Of a stretch of DNA of 64,000 bases, positions 28,195 through 36,461 are shown one piece after another; position 1 is the stretch's first letter; every line of letters begins with the position of its first letter. The stretch spans positions 5,707-69,706 of the forward strand of contig JAKABW010000008.1 in NCBI GenBank assembly GCA_021796535.1, given 5' to 3'. Under the pieces are notes generated by a model. The model ran no database searches and had not been told where the DNA came from. It saw only the letters and a list, made by a program, of their open reading frames with translations. Made by a program: the position numbers and the translations under genes. The stretch is from Actinomycetes bacterium. Its GTDB lineage: Bacteria > Actinomycetota > Acidimicrobiia > Acidimicrobiales > Bog-793.

Positions 28195-30696
28195 CTACGA
28201 GTCCTGCAAAATTTTGTTGATAGTTTTGACCAGATTATTGAGACGGTGAATGGCATCCAAATCATTGAAACTTTCCACATAGACGTGTGTCACGGGCTCC
28301 TTTTGATCCGGAACCACCAAATTCCAACCCAGGGGATCGACGATCTTGATGCCGTCTATCAGAATGACCTCCCCGTCGTTTCGCAGCTCATCCAAAAGAG
28401 TTCTCATCAGAGTACCTTTTTGTTCAAACGGCGTAGCGACTTCTTGATGCAAAACTTTTCCTTCCGGCATCTTGTCCAGCAGATCGGATAAACCCACTTC
28501 CGACTCGGATAACAAAGAAAGCAAATACAACAAACCGGAAACGGCATCGAACGCGGGCAAAAAGTCCGGAAATCCGTATCCCCCGTCTGCGTTGGCGACA
28601 AAATCAGCCTGTTCGGCAATTGCTTTTTCCATCAGGTGTGCCGAGCCGAGCTTTGACCAAACGACAAAAGCGCCCAGGTCGGTCAGCATCTCGTTGATCG
28701 ACCAAGTTGTATTGGCAGGAACGACGATCCTTGCTTCCGGAATTTTCTTTGCCACAAGGTAGGCAAGACACAGCATCAAACGAGTCGGTGACAGGATTCT
28801 TCCCCTGCCGTCGATGACCGTCAGTACTTCGCCTTCCGGGTTGATTATGGCACCCATATGGGCTCCCGAGGTTTTCACTAATTCGGCTATTCTTGTTGCA
28901 TGTTTGGTGTGATCGAAATTAAGCACTCCGACCGTTGAGGCGGTCGGATTTATGACAAGCGTATCGGCACCGGTCTTTGCCAAAATACTGGGCATCAAAA
29001 AACTTGCCGCTCCGGAGGCATAGTCTAAAACCAATTTAAATTTTGCCCTGCGGATAGCCGACAGGTTGACTTTTTGTGACAGGGCCGTGGTGTATGCCTC
29101 GACGGTACGTCCTGGGAACTCGATATCGCCTATGTCGTGCGCCAAGACTCTGCGCATTTCTTCCCTGTAAAAAACCTTTTCGATTTTACGGTGGGCGTTT
29201 TCGTCCAGATCGATTCCGTCGGCATCAAAAAACCTTATAATAGCCGACTGCGGATCTTTTTTATCCAGACGCACGGTAATGCCGCCGTGGGCCGCAGTGG
29301 TGCGAATTTGGAATCGCGTCATGGGTATGGTCGCCACTTCCAAATCTTCGACATGCAGACCCGCCGAATTCAGCCCGACCATAATGGCTCTTTTCAGCAT
29401 TCTGGCAGCCCTGCTCGAATCACGCGACACTACCACGGTAGAACCTTTGCTCATGGTAGAGGCGTGGGCCAAAGCAAGCTTGGTCGCCAATTCCGGAGAC
29501 AGATCCACATTGGCGAGTCCGAGAACTCCCTCCTGGGTAAACAGATTTCTGGTTGCTTTGCTCTCAAACACTATCGACGAATTTACCGAAGCCCCGTTCT
29601 CCACCATTTTATTGGGATAGATTTTTACTCCCGGGCCGATGATGGCATGTTCGCCTATCTGGCAAAAGTCCCCCAAAATGGCGCCGTCCCCGAGATGCGA
29701 ACCCGAACGAATCTCACAGGACCTTCCGACCACACATGACTTGGCGGTCACCGAGTCCCCTATATAACAGTTGTCATGGATAATTGTTCTTTCCACGTCG
29801 GAACCCGCCCCCACACGGACATTGGCCCCGAGAACGGTGTAGGGGCCCAGAGTGACACCCGAACCTATCTTGCAATTTTGCCCCACGTACACCGGACCGA
29901 CGATGGTCGCGGTGGGATCTATCTCGGCACCTTCGCCCATGGATATACCCTCATCCAAGACAAAACCGTCAATGTCCAAATCCACCAGCTGGTCCAAAAC
30001 ATGACGGTGAGCCACCAAATAGCTGTCTAGGGTTCCCACATCTTCCCAGTAACCTCCGGCCACATATCCGTACATCGGAGAACCTGCTTCAAGCATTTTG
30101 GGAAATACGTCGTTTGAAAAGTCGACTGCCGTGTCTTTTTCGATCCAGTTAAAGACTTCCGGTTCCAGTACGTAAATTCCTGTATTGACGGTATCGGAAA
30201 ATACCTGCCCCCAGGTAGGTTTCTCTAAAAATCTCTCTATGCGCCCGGCGGGATCGGTTATTACAATACCGAATTCCAAGGGGTTTTCCATTTGCTTCAA
30301 AGCGAGTGTGCACACTGACCCGGTGGCCACATGGTAGTCCAGCAAAGCAGTTAAATCTATGTCCGTCAGAACATCGCCGGATATAACGAGAAATCTTTCA
30401 TCCAAGAGGTTCCGTATGTTGCTCACCGAACCGGCCGTCCCCAGCGGAATTTCCTCCGTCGCATAGATGATATCGACACCGAACTCACGGCCGTCCCCAA
30501 AGTAACGTCTGATACTTTCCGCCATGAAGGCCACGGTTATAATAATTTCGTTGAAACCGTGTTTTTTCAAAAGATTGATTATGTGTTCGGCCATGGGCCT
30601 GTTCACTATCGGCAACATCGGTTTTGGTTGCGTGGCCGTCAACGGCCGCAACCGGGTTCCCTCCCCTCCCGCCATCAAAACCGCTTTCATTCCCAT
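28195..30696 (-). CDS. Fused sugar-1-phosphate nucleotidyltransferase (ManC/GlmU-like, with a left-handed beta-helix) and phosphohexomutase-like domain
   Basis: The N-terminus is MAGGEGTRLRPLT. Hexapeptide repeats sit in the middle. The C-terminal 450 aa has alpha-D-phosphohexomutase architecture. Length 833 aa. Confidence 0.75.
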   Translation of the reverse strand: MGMKAVLMAGGEGTRLRPLTATQPKPMLPIVNRPMAEHIINLLKKHGFNEIIITVAFMAESIRRYFGDGREFGVDIIYATEEIPLGTAGSVSNIRNLLDERFLVISGDVLTDIDLTALLDYHVATGSVCTLALKQMENPLEFGIVITDPAGRIERFLEKPTWGQVFSDTVNTGIYVLEPEVFNWIEKDTAVDFSNDVFPKMLEAGSPMYGYVAGGYWEDVGTLDSYLVAHRHVLDQLVDLDIDGFVLDEGISMGEGAEIDPTATIVGPVYVGQNCKIGSGVTLGPYTVLGANVRVGAGSDVERTIIHDNCYIGDSVTAKSCVVGRSCEIRSGSHLGDGAILGDFCQIGEHAIIGPGVKIYPNKMVENGASVNSSIVFESKATRNLFTQEGVLGLANVDLSPELATKLALAHASTMSKGSTVVVSRDSSRAARMLKRAIMVGLNSAGLHVEDLEVATIPMTRFQIRTTAAHGGITVRLDKKDPQSAIIRFFDADGIDLDENAHRKIEKVFYREEMRRVLAHDIGDIEFPGRTVEAYTTALSQKVNLSAIRRAKFKLVLDYASGAASFLMPSILAKTGADTLVINPTASTVGVLNFDHTKHATRIAELVKTSGAHMGAIINPEGEVLTVIDGRGRILSPTRLMLCLAYLVAKKIPEARIVVPANTTWSINEMLTDLGAFVVWSKLGSAHLMEKAIAEQADFVANADGGYGFPDFLPAFDAVSGLLYLLSLLSESEVGLSDLLDKMPEGKVLHQEVATPFEQKGTLMRTLLDELRNDGEVILIDGIKIVDPLGWNLVVPDQKEPVTHVYVESFNDLDAIHRLNNLVKTINKILQDS

Positions 30697-30813
30697 GAGA
30701 ATCCCCGACAGTCGTTTTTCACAGCAAGAAAAAAGGCGAAGGCTGTTGCGTCAAAGGATCGGCAGCCGGACTGAGACAGACAAATAAGCCCGCAACCGCG
30801 AGACTTCGATAGC

Positions 30814-31386
30814 TCAGTTGACATTGGGAAACGCACCTTTATCTTTGCCGAAAACTTTCATTCCGTAATTAAATGTAGCAACAAACATCGCCACCAGGGA
30901 GATTGTTGCGAGCCATTCGCCGGCATCGGCAATACCCGTATTTGCGACGGCATTTAAATGTCCCACCAAAAAAAACGGGAGCGACAAGTAAAGTCCGAAA
31001 GTAGCTGCTTTACCGATAAGACTCACATCCAGTAGCTTATCCCCTTTAAGCATGATGATCAACGCTCCGCAACTTATCAAAACCTCACGAAGCAAGATAC
31101 CGATTACCAAAGGAAGAGGCATGTAAGCATCGACACCAAGGGCAGCGACACAGGTGATGATGGCCAGTCTGTCGGCCACGGGGTCCAACAGCTTGCCAAG
31201 GTTGCTTTCCTGACCCAATCGTCTCGCCAGAAAGCCGTCCAGAAAATCGGTTAAACCGATGCACATCAGAATCGCGAGAGCCGCAACCCTGTCATTAAAT
31301 GCCAGCAAAGCGACGGCAAAAAAAGCTATCAGCAGAATTCTGACAGAAGTAATGGCGTTGGGGATTGTAAGATTGCCATCGCTCAT
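30814..31386 (-). CDS. pgsA: CDP-alcohol phosphatidyltransferase
   Basis: DFLDGFLARRLGQESNLGKLLDPVADR, matching D-x2-DG-x2-AR...G-x3-D-x3-D. Confidence 0.85.
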   Translation of the reverse strand: MSDGNLTIPNAITSVRILLIAFFAVALLAFNDRVAALAILMCIGLTDFLDGFLARRLGQESNLGKLLDPVADRLAIITCVAALGVDAYMPLPLVIGILLREVLISCGALIIMLKGDKLLDVSLIGKAATFGLYLSLPFFLVGHLNAVANTGIADAGEWLATISLVAMFVATFNYGMKVFGKDKGAFPNVN

Positions 31387-31432
31387 AAATTATTTACGTC
31401 TGTTGAGACTTTCATTTATCAACAGTCGCTCT

Positions 31433-31801
31433 CTACCTGCCCCGTAAAATATTCCTAAGAGCGAGGGCAACGACTGTCACTAAAGCCCCTATAAATGTGG
31501 TTTTTTTCAATACCTTATTACCTTTCTCAGCTCTCATCAACGCACCGGCAATTAAAGCCGCCTCTTCATCACTTGGAGTCGGTGAAAGAGACTTTACCAG
31601 ATTGAATATCACTGAAAAATTGGGCAGAGACGAAAAGGAGGAGATCTCCAGTCTTCTGAAAGTTTTGTCTTGCCTGAATTCCTGCGCCAAATCATTCACA
31701 CTGAAGTCGCTCAGATTCTTTTTGGTATCAGAATCATCCGTGCCGAATTGGCGCCACCAATTTTCTAGATACGCCTTCAATCTGCTTTCGGTGATAGACA
31801 T
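31433..31801 (-). CDS. Hypothetical small protein with a single C-terminal transmembrane helix
   Basis: A 122-aa ORF with the C-terminal hydrophobic span FIGALVTVVALAL. No family recognised. Confidence 0.4.
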   Translation of the reverse strand: MSITESRLKAYLENWWRQFGTDDSDTKKNLSDFSVNDLAQEFRQDKTFRRLEISSFSSLPNFSVIFNLVKSLSPTPSDEEAALIAGALMRAEKGNKVLKKTTFIGALVTVVALALRNILRGR

Positions 31802-32006
31802 ATCACCTATCGTATTCCATAAGACGAAGCGATGTTTAACACTTTTGCAAATAAATGATCTAAACCCGGGCTATCCGACATCATCTCATCCAAGCACGGC
31901 AAAAGGCTGAAGTTATTTATTGACTGACATTATTCCGACAAACCGCCGATGCGGATAAGCAAGACTGGGCGCACGAGGGTGGGTATTGCCCAAACCGGCA
32001 TGGTTT

Positions 32007-32870
32007 TTATTTGCCGACGACCTTTATGGTCCATTTGCTGCATTTGTAATCCGATACGTGAATATTAAAACTCCCGTTGTCTATATAGTAATAGCTGCCG
32101 TGCCCCACCCCCTGGTTGGCCACTTTGGCTCCAAAGTCGTTAATGTCTATACCGGTTCCCTGATAAATGACGGCATCAAACAAAGAATCGGCAGGATTAC
32201 AAGTGTAGGAGTACTCCATGGTCCAACCGCCGGGCGGAACATTGAAACTGTTGGTTATGGCGCTTGAAGTACCGGAGTATGTAAATAATACCTTTTGAGC
32301 GGAAACTGTGGTGGTAGTCTTGTCGGGATTTGTTGTCGTGGCGACCGGTTTGGTGGTGGTAACGACAACGCGCTTGACTGTCGTGGACGTCACCGGAGAT
32401 TTGTTTGGGGATGAACTTGATTTTGCTTGTTGCTTTTGTTTTGCCTCCGCTTTTTTATAAATTTTTTTGTAAGTCTTTTTCTTTGAGCCCTTGGTACTTT
32501 TTTTACCGGTTTTCTTCTTGGTGAATTTTATGCTTCTCTGTCCTTTTTTCGAACCGGTTTTCTTTTTTGAGCCCTCGGTACTTTTTTTGTAAGTCTTTTT
32601 CTTTGAGGAAGCAGACGATTTGACCTTCTTCCTGCCTCCGTAGACACCCAACAGTGAAGTAGCACTGCCGGCCACGCCGGAATGGGCATTTACCCCGACT
32701 CGGTCAGGAACAGAGTATTTTCTTACCTGACCGGCGGCACCTGACTTACTTTGATGATTGGCTACCCTGCCGGCAGAAAAAATACCCGCCGCAGCTCCGC
32801 CCACGATAATAGAAACCGATACGACGAGAGTCAAAAATATAGCGGTTAAAAACAATGGCAGACGTTTCAT
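32007..32870 (-). CDS. Hypothetical exported or anchored protein with a Lys-rich repetitive region, a Thr/Ser/Pro linker and a C-terminal beta-rich domain
   Basis: The N-terminal signal/anchor is MKRLPLFLTAIFLTLVV. A roughly 90-aa segment is about 40% Lys with repeated KKKTYKK/KKSTxGSKKKTG units. A TTT-rich linker follows, then a Cys-containing C-terminal domain. Confidence 0.6.
   Translation of the reverse strand: MKRLPLFLTAIFLTLVVSVSIIVGGAAAGIFSAGRVANHQSKSGAAGQVRKYSVPDRVGVNAHSGVAGSATSLLGVYGGRKKVKSSASSKKKTYKKSTEGSKKKTGSKKGQRSIKFTKKKTGKKSTKGSKKKTYKKIYKKAEAKQKQQAKSSSSPNKSPVTSTTVKRVVVTTTKPVATTTNPDKTTTTVSAQKVLFTYSGTSSAITNSFNVPPGGWTMEYSYTCNPADSLFDAVIYQGTGIDINDFGAKVANQGVGHGSYYYIDNGSFNIHVSDYKCSKWTIKVVGK
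32462..32608. repeat. Intragenic imperfect direct DNA repeats encoding the Lys-rich units
   Basis: TTTTTTTGTAAGTCTTTTTCTTTGAG occurs at 32463-32488 and again at 32583-32608. GAGCCCTYGGTACTTTTTTT occurs at 32484 and 32569. Confidence 0.7.
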
Positions 32871-33185
32871 ATTCCCCCTCCGTAATTCCGGTTTTTAATC
32901 GGCAAACCGTATGTAGATACATATCGATGCAAAAAACGATATTTTTTAAATGTATCTTTGCATTACCGGTAAGTCATGTCAGTCCTGTCATTTTTTTCAA
33001 AAAAAGCCGGATTGGAGAACCGTGGCCGGATTGAAAACTCAAAAAATACATTGTCATATCAACAGAGTTCATCCAAGCGGCGACGGGTCGCCTGACCGAG
33101 AAACAGAAGACAATATCAAGCGGGGCCAAATATGTTCTGTTAAATTATACGAAAACAAGACATATACAAGATAGGCGGAAATTCA

Positions 33186-33665
33186 ATGTCTCAAAGCGAA
33201 ACTAAGCACCCGGTAAAGACCGTACACTCGTTGGCGCATGTTTTGCATCCGTCACTCTCCTCCATAAAAACGGCAATGCGTGAAGTGGACGGATGGAATG
33301 CAAAAGTAGCCGTTTTTATCACAAGTCTTATTGGTACCATGTGGTGTGCATATCTGTTCACTCTTATTGCCCTCATAGGACTTCCCGCTGCTTTAAAACC
33401 AAACGGTGAGGGACTTGTGGCCTGGATAGCCCAGACATTCCTGCAACTTGTTTTACTGAGCGTCATTATGGTTGGACAAAACGTTCAGAGTGCGGCCGCC
33501 GATGCCAGGGCAATAAAAACGTTTGAAGATTCAGAAGTCATCAAAGACTACATAAACTTGGATACCGCAGGCGGTTTAGAGGTTTTACTGACCAAAATCG
33601 AAGAAATTAAAGTATTGGTGGGCCAAAATAACCGACCCGACACCGAGTCGGCAAAAACGGTGTAA
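33186..33665 (+). CDS. Hypothetical two-TMS membrane protein (DUF1003-like topology)
   Basis: Two hydrophobic spans followed by IMVGQNVQSAAADARA and a coiled C-terminus. The resemblance to DUF1003 comes from pattern only. Confidence 0.45.
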   Translation: MSQSETKHPVKTVHSLAHVLHPSLSSIKTAMREVDGWNAKVAVFITSLIGTMWCAYLFTLIALIGLPAALKPNGEGLVAWIAQTFLQLVLLSVIMVGQNVQSAAADARAIKTFEDSEVIKDYINLDTAGGLEVLLTKIEEIKVLVGQNNRPDTESAKTV

Positions 33666-33716
33666 GGAAACCGCGTCCTGAGGGCTGCGCTCACCCGGCC
33701 GGCTTCTTTCGATCCG

Positions 33717-33761
33717 GAAAAAGCATGCACAAACCCTTGTGCCCTCTAGAAGGGTTTGTGC
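33717..33761 (-). terminator. Candidate intrinsic terminator for the ...truB-ribF operon (possibly bidirectional)
   Basis: A perfect 12-bp inverted repeat: GCACAAACCCTT (33727-33738) and AAGGGTTTGTGC (33750-33761), with an 11-nt loop. On the minus strand the stem is followed by AUGC then UUUUUU (plus-strand A-run 33717-33722). Confidence 0.5.
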
Positions 33762-33896
33762 CGCCGCCACAACCGTATGGTATTGGATAACGCATCATCG
33801 ATTTGATTTATGAGTGCGCGACAGGTCTTGACCCACCGACAATAAGTATCAATCTTCAATCCACTAAACGAAAATAACGTGTATGGGAAAGAAAAA

Positions 33897-34997
33897 TCAG
33901 TCGAGTCGGGCTTCCAATTCAATCAGATAACGCTCACCGGCTCCGTTATCCTCCGAAGAAGGGAGCGTACCGAATTGTCGAAAATCAATCTTTTTTTTGC
34001 CGATCCCGGACAACTCAATAATCTGAGTACCGGAATTTATGAAATCCAGCTGTTCGTTTGTTGTCGGATTGACCCGATATTCGGATCCCGGATTCCCGTC
34101 TTCGGCCGCAATCCCACTGTCTGGTGTGAGGTTTTCAGCATACGTGCCGGAGTCTTTGGCCTCACCGACCGATCCTTCCGGAGGACACAGACGTATTGTT
34201 ATGTCTGCAAAGACTTCCGTAGCTTCTGAGATACCGGTGTCCTTTATGCATACGTAATCTTCTTCGGCGCCCAATTCATCCCATTGTGCAAAATTCGTTT
34301 GCCTTTTCAGCGCTTTAAGACGCCCCGAGTAAGCTCCCGCTACGGGAAAGGCAGTTTTGCGTGGAATGGCAAACATCAACCCGTTCTCCCCGAAAGAGAC
34401 GAAGTTTGCAGATACCGCATGGGGGCGGCCCAGAAGTCTGTTGGCTTCTTGAATATTACCCGAAATTATCAAAGTCCTGATTGCGGTGGATGAAATCGTT
34501 GTTCTGAGTTTTTTATCCACCAGCAAAGGAACGGATTGAAAATAAAACCCCATTTCTTCGGCCATCTGGGCAAGCAATTGTGTATCGCCCGTTGCCTGAT
34601 GACCGAACCGGAAATTCTCGCCAACGAAAACGGCGGCTGCATTCAGCTCCTTCACCAGAAACTCGGCAATGAAATCATGTGCCGACAACTGCGACCTTTG
34701 CTTGTCGAATTTAATCACGCAAACGTTATCAACGCCCGTATTGAGCAGCAAATCAATCTTTTGGCTCAAACCCGTCAGTCTCAGCGGTTCAAGACCGGGC
34801 CGCAGTATCGAAGAAGGATGTCTGTCAAAAGTCAGGGCCGTGCACCTCAACGAGTCGTAACCAAAAGCGTCGCCATACGATGCAATTTTGCCGCGGTATA
34901 ACCCGGCTTGCCGGATGAGATACCGGTGACCAAGGTGGACTCCGTCAAAAGTTCCTATTGCAATTATCGATTTTTTGCGAAAGACCGAATTGCTCAT
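33897..34997 (-). CDS. ribF: FAD synthetase (RibF-type FMN adenylyltransferase) with a divergent, expanded C-terminal riboflavin-kinase-like domain
   Basis: The N-terminus has GTFDGVHLGHRYL, LTFDRHP and ENFRFGH. The C-terminal half begins LLGRPH, but I cannot find the GxPTAN motif, and it carries an extra acidic/low-complexity stretch. Confidence 0.8.
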   Translation of the reverse strand: MSNSVFRKKSIIAIGTFDGVHLGHRYLIRQAGLYRGKIASYGDAFGYDSLRCTALTFDRHPSSILRPGLEPLRLTGLSQKIDLLLNTGVDNVCVIKFDKQRSQLSAHDFIAEFLVKELNAAAVFVGENFRFGHQATGDTQLLAQMAEEMGFYFQSVPLLVDKKLRTTISSTAIRTLIISGNIQEANRLLGRPHAVSANFVSFGENGLMFAIPRKTAFPVAGAYSGRLKALKRQTNFAQWDELGAEEDYVCIKDTGISEATEVFADITIRLCPPEGSVGEAKDSGTYAENLTPDSGIAAEDGNPGSEYRVNPTTNEQLDFINSGTQIIELSGIGKKKIDFRQFGTLPSSEDNGAGERYLIELEARLD

Positions 34998-35026
34998 TTT
35001 TTCATACGCTCTATCCGTTAAATAAG

Positions 35027-35968
35027 TTACATACTATTTGCTAAAATAAGCATGGGTTTAATGCTGGAATTCGTATACGGTTCATAGACCCCAAACAATT
35101 CTCCCGTATCGTCCACAAGAGCCCAGGGGCCCAAGCCGTCACACGACAACTCGGCACGGGTCAAAACCTTACCGTTTAAAACGGCTCCGGCCAAAGCGGA
35201 CGGAACGACTATTTTCGGCAAGTCCTGCAGCAAATCGATTATGGGACGGAGAGATTCGGCATCCAAATCCTCCGGGGTGACGGCATTGTCGACATGAAAA
35301 TGCCCGGACTGTATCCTTCGCAAATCCGATAAAAAAGCTCCTCCGCCCAACAGTTTCCCAAGATCGTCAGCCAAAGACCGGACATAGGTTCCCGAAGAAC
35401 ATTCTACCCTTACTTCCGCGGTCGGACCGACGGGAGCCGGATCGGACGAAAAAGCATTTTTTAAATGACGTCTCTGATCTTCGCTTTCTTTGAAACCGAG
35501 TATGACGAAATCATACACCTCCACACTCCTCGGTTCGCGTTCAACCTCGTATCCTTCTCGCGCCAAACGGTGCAGACGCTTTCCTTGAAACTTAATGCTG
35601 GAAATCATCGGCGGGATTTGTTGAATTTTGCCGGTCAAAGAAAACGCGGCGGAAACTGTATTTTCCCGGCTCAGACTGGACATATCAAAACTTGCGGTAA
35701 CGTCGCCCGATGCGTCAAGGGTTGTCGTGGCGGCACCGAAATGAATCTTTCCGGTGTAGATTTTACCGGCAGACTGGGCGAATCTGAGAAGTCTGGTTCC
35801 TTTGCCCACGCCCACCACCAGCACTCCGGTGGCGTCGGGGTCCAGTGTGCCGGCATGTCCGACTTTTTTGATGTGCAGTTTTTTCCTCACGGCATACACC
35901 ACGTCGTGGGAGGTCATCCCCGCCGGCTTGTCTACCACGGCGACGCCGTCTAAGTGAAAGTCTGACAT
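35027..35968 (-). CDS. truB: tRNA pseudouridine(55) synthase
   Basis: VVDKPAGMTSHDVV and HAGTLDPDATGVLVV. I prefer the internal start at ATG 35968; the 36154 start would overlap rbfA. Confidence 0.9.
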   Translation of the reverse strand: MSDFHLDGVAVVDKPAGMTSHDVVYAVRKKLHIKKVGHAGTLDPDATGVLVVGVGKGTRLLRFAQSAGKIYTGKIHFGAATTTLDASGDVTASFDMSSLSRENTVSAAFSLTGKIQQIPPMISSIKFQGKRLHRLAREGYEVEREPRSVEVYDFVILGFKESEDQRRHLKNAFSSDPAPVGPTAEVRVECSSGTYVRSLADDLGKLLGGGAFLSDLRRIQSGHFHVDNAVTPEDLDAESLRPIIDLLQDLPKIVVPSALAGAVLNGKVLTRAELSCDGLGPWALVDDTGELFGVYEPYTNSSIKPMLILANSM

Positions 35969-36056
35969 TTTACTTTTCGTATGTGCGCATCTGCATGCGG
36001 ACGGCGATTGCGGCAAAACTGACGAGAGAACATTTTGTGATCGAACCGACGGCTCT

Positions 36057-36455
36057 CTATAAGTCCAATTCCTTGTAGTTGTCTTCTTCAAAGACAACTT
36101 CTTGATGAAACATCTCTTGACGAATGACGGTGTCCACCTTGCTTCCGGCCGCAATGGCGGGATCCGGCATAAAGTGCAATGCCGGCACCCTTTTCAGTCT
36201 GGACAGAGATGCGATGGATGTCTTCAGCCGCCCCTTGTATTCCTCAAGGATGTCAAAGTCGAATCCCTCCGGGGCATCGAGAAAAATTGTCGCATGACTG
36301 AGATCCGGATACACCACGACACCGGTAAGGGTCAGCAAAAAAAGCCTCTCGTCGATATCGGCGATACGCTCGATTTCCGATGCCAGTATTTTTGCAAAAA
36401 GAGAAGACAGCCTGTCTGTTCTCGGAAAACTGTGTTGTTTTTGACTTTTCGACAT
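36057..36455 (-). CDS. rbfA: Ribosome-binding factor A
   Basis: RTDRLSSLFAKILASEIE...LTLTGVVVYPDLSHATIF, and its position between infB and truB. Confidence 0.85.
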   Translation of the reverse strand: MSKSQKQHSFPRTDRLSSLFAKILASEIERIADIDERLFLLTLTGVVVYPDLSHATIFLDAPEGFDFDILEEYKGRLKTSIASLSRLKRVPALHFMPDPAIAAGSKVDTVIRQEMFHQEVVFEEDNYKELDL

Positions 36456-36461
36456 ATCAAA

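Noticed and set aside
35969-36154. N-terminal extensions given by the ORF track for truB (to 36154), nusA (to 41236), rimP (to 42095), ylxR (to 40188), DUF4395 (to 16024), the DUF151 nuclease (to 25426), the lipoprotein (to 48948) and the second MFS (from 19887).
   Set aside because: The extensions overlap upstream genes or lack family similarity. For nusA, rimP and DUF4395 a Shine-Dalgarno-like sequence precedes the internal Met. For the others, the conserved N-terminal motif begins right after the internal Met. I therefore used the shorter coordinates.
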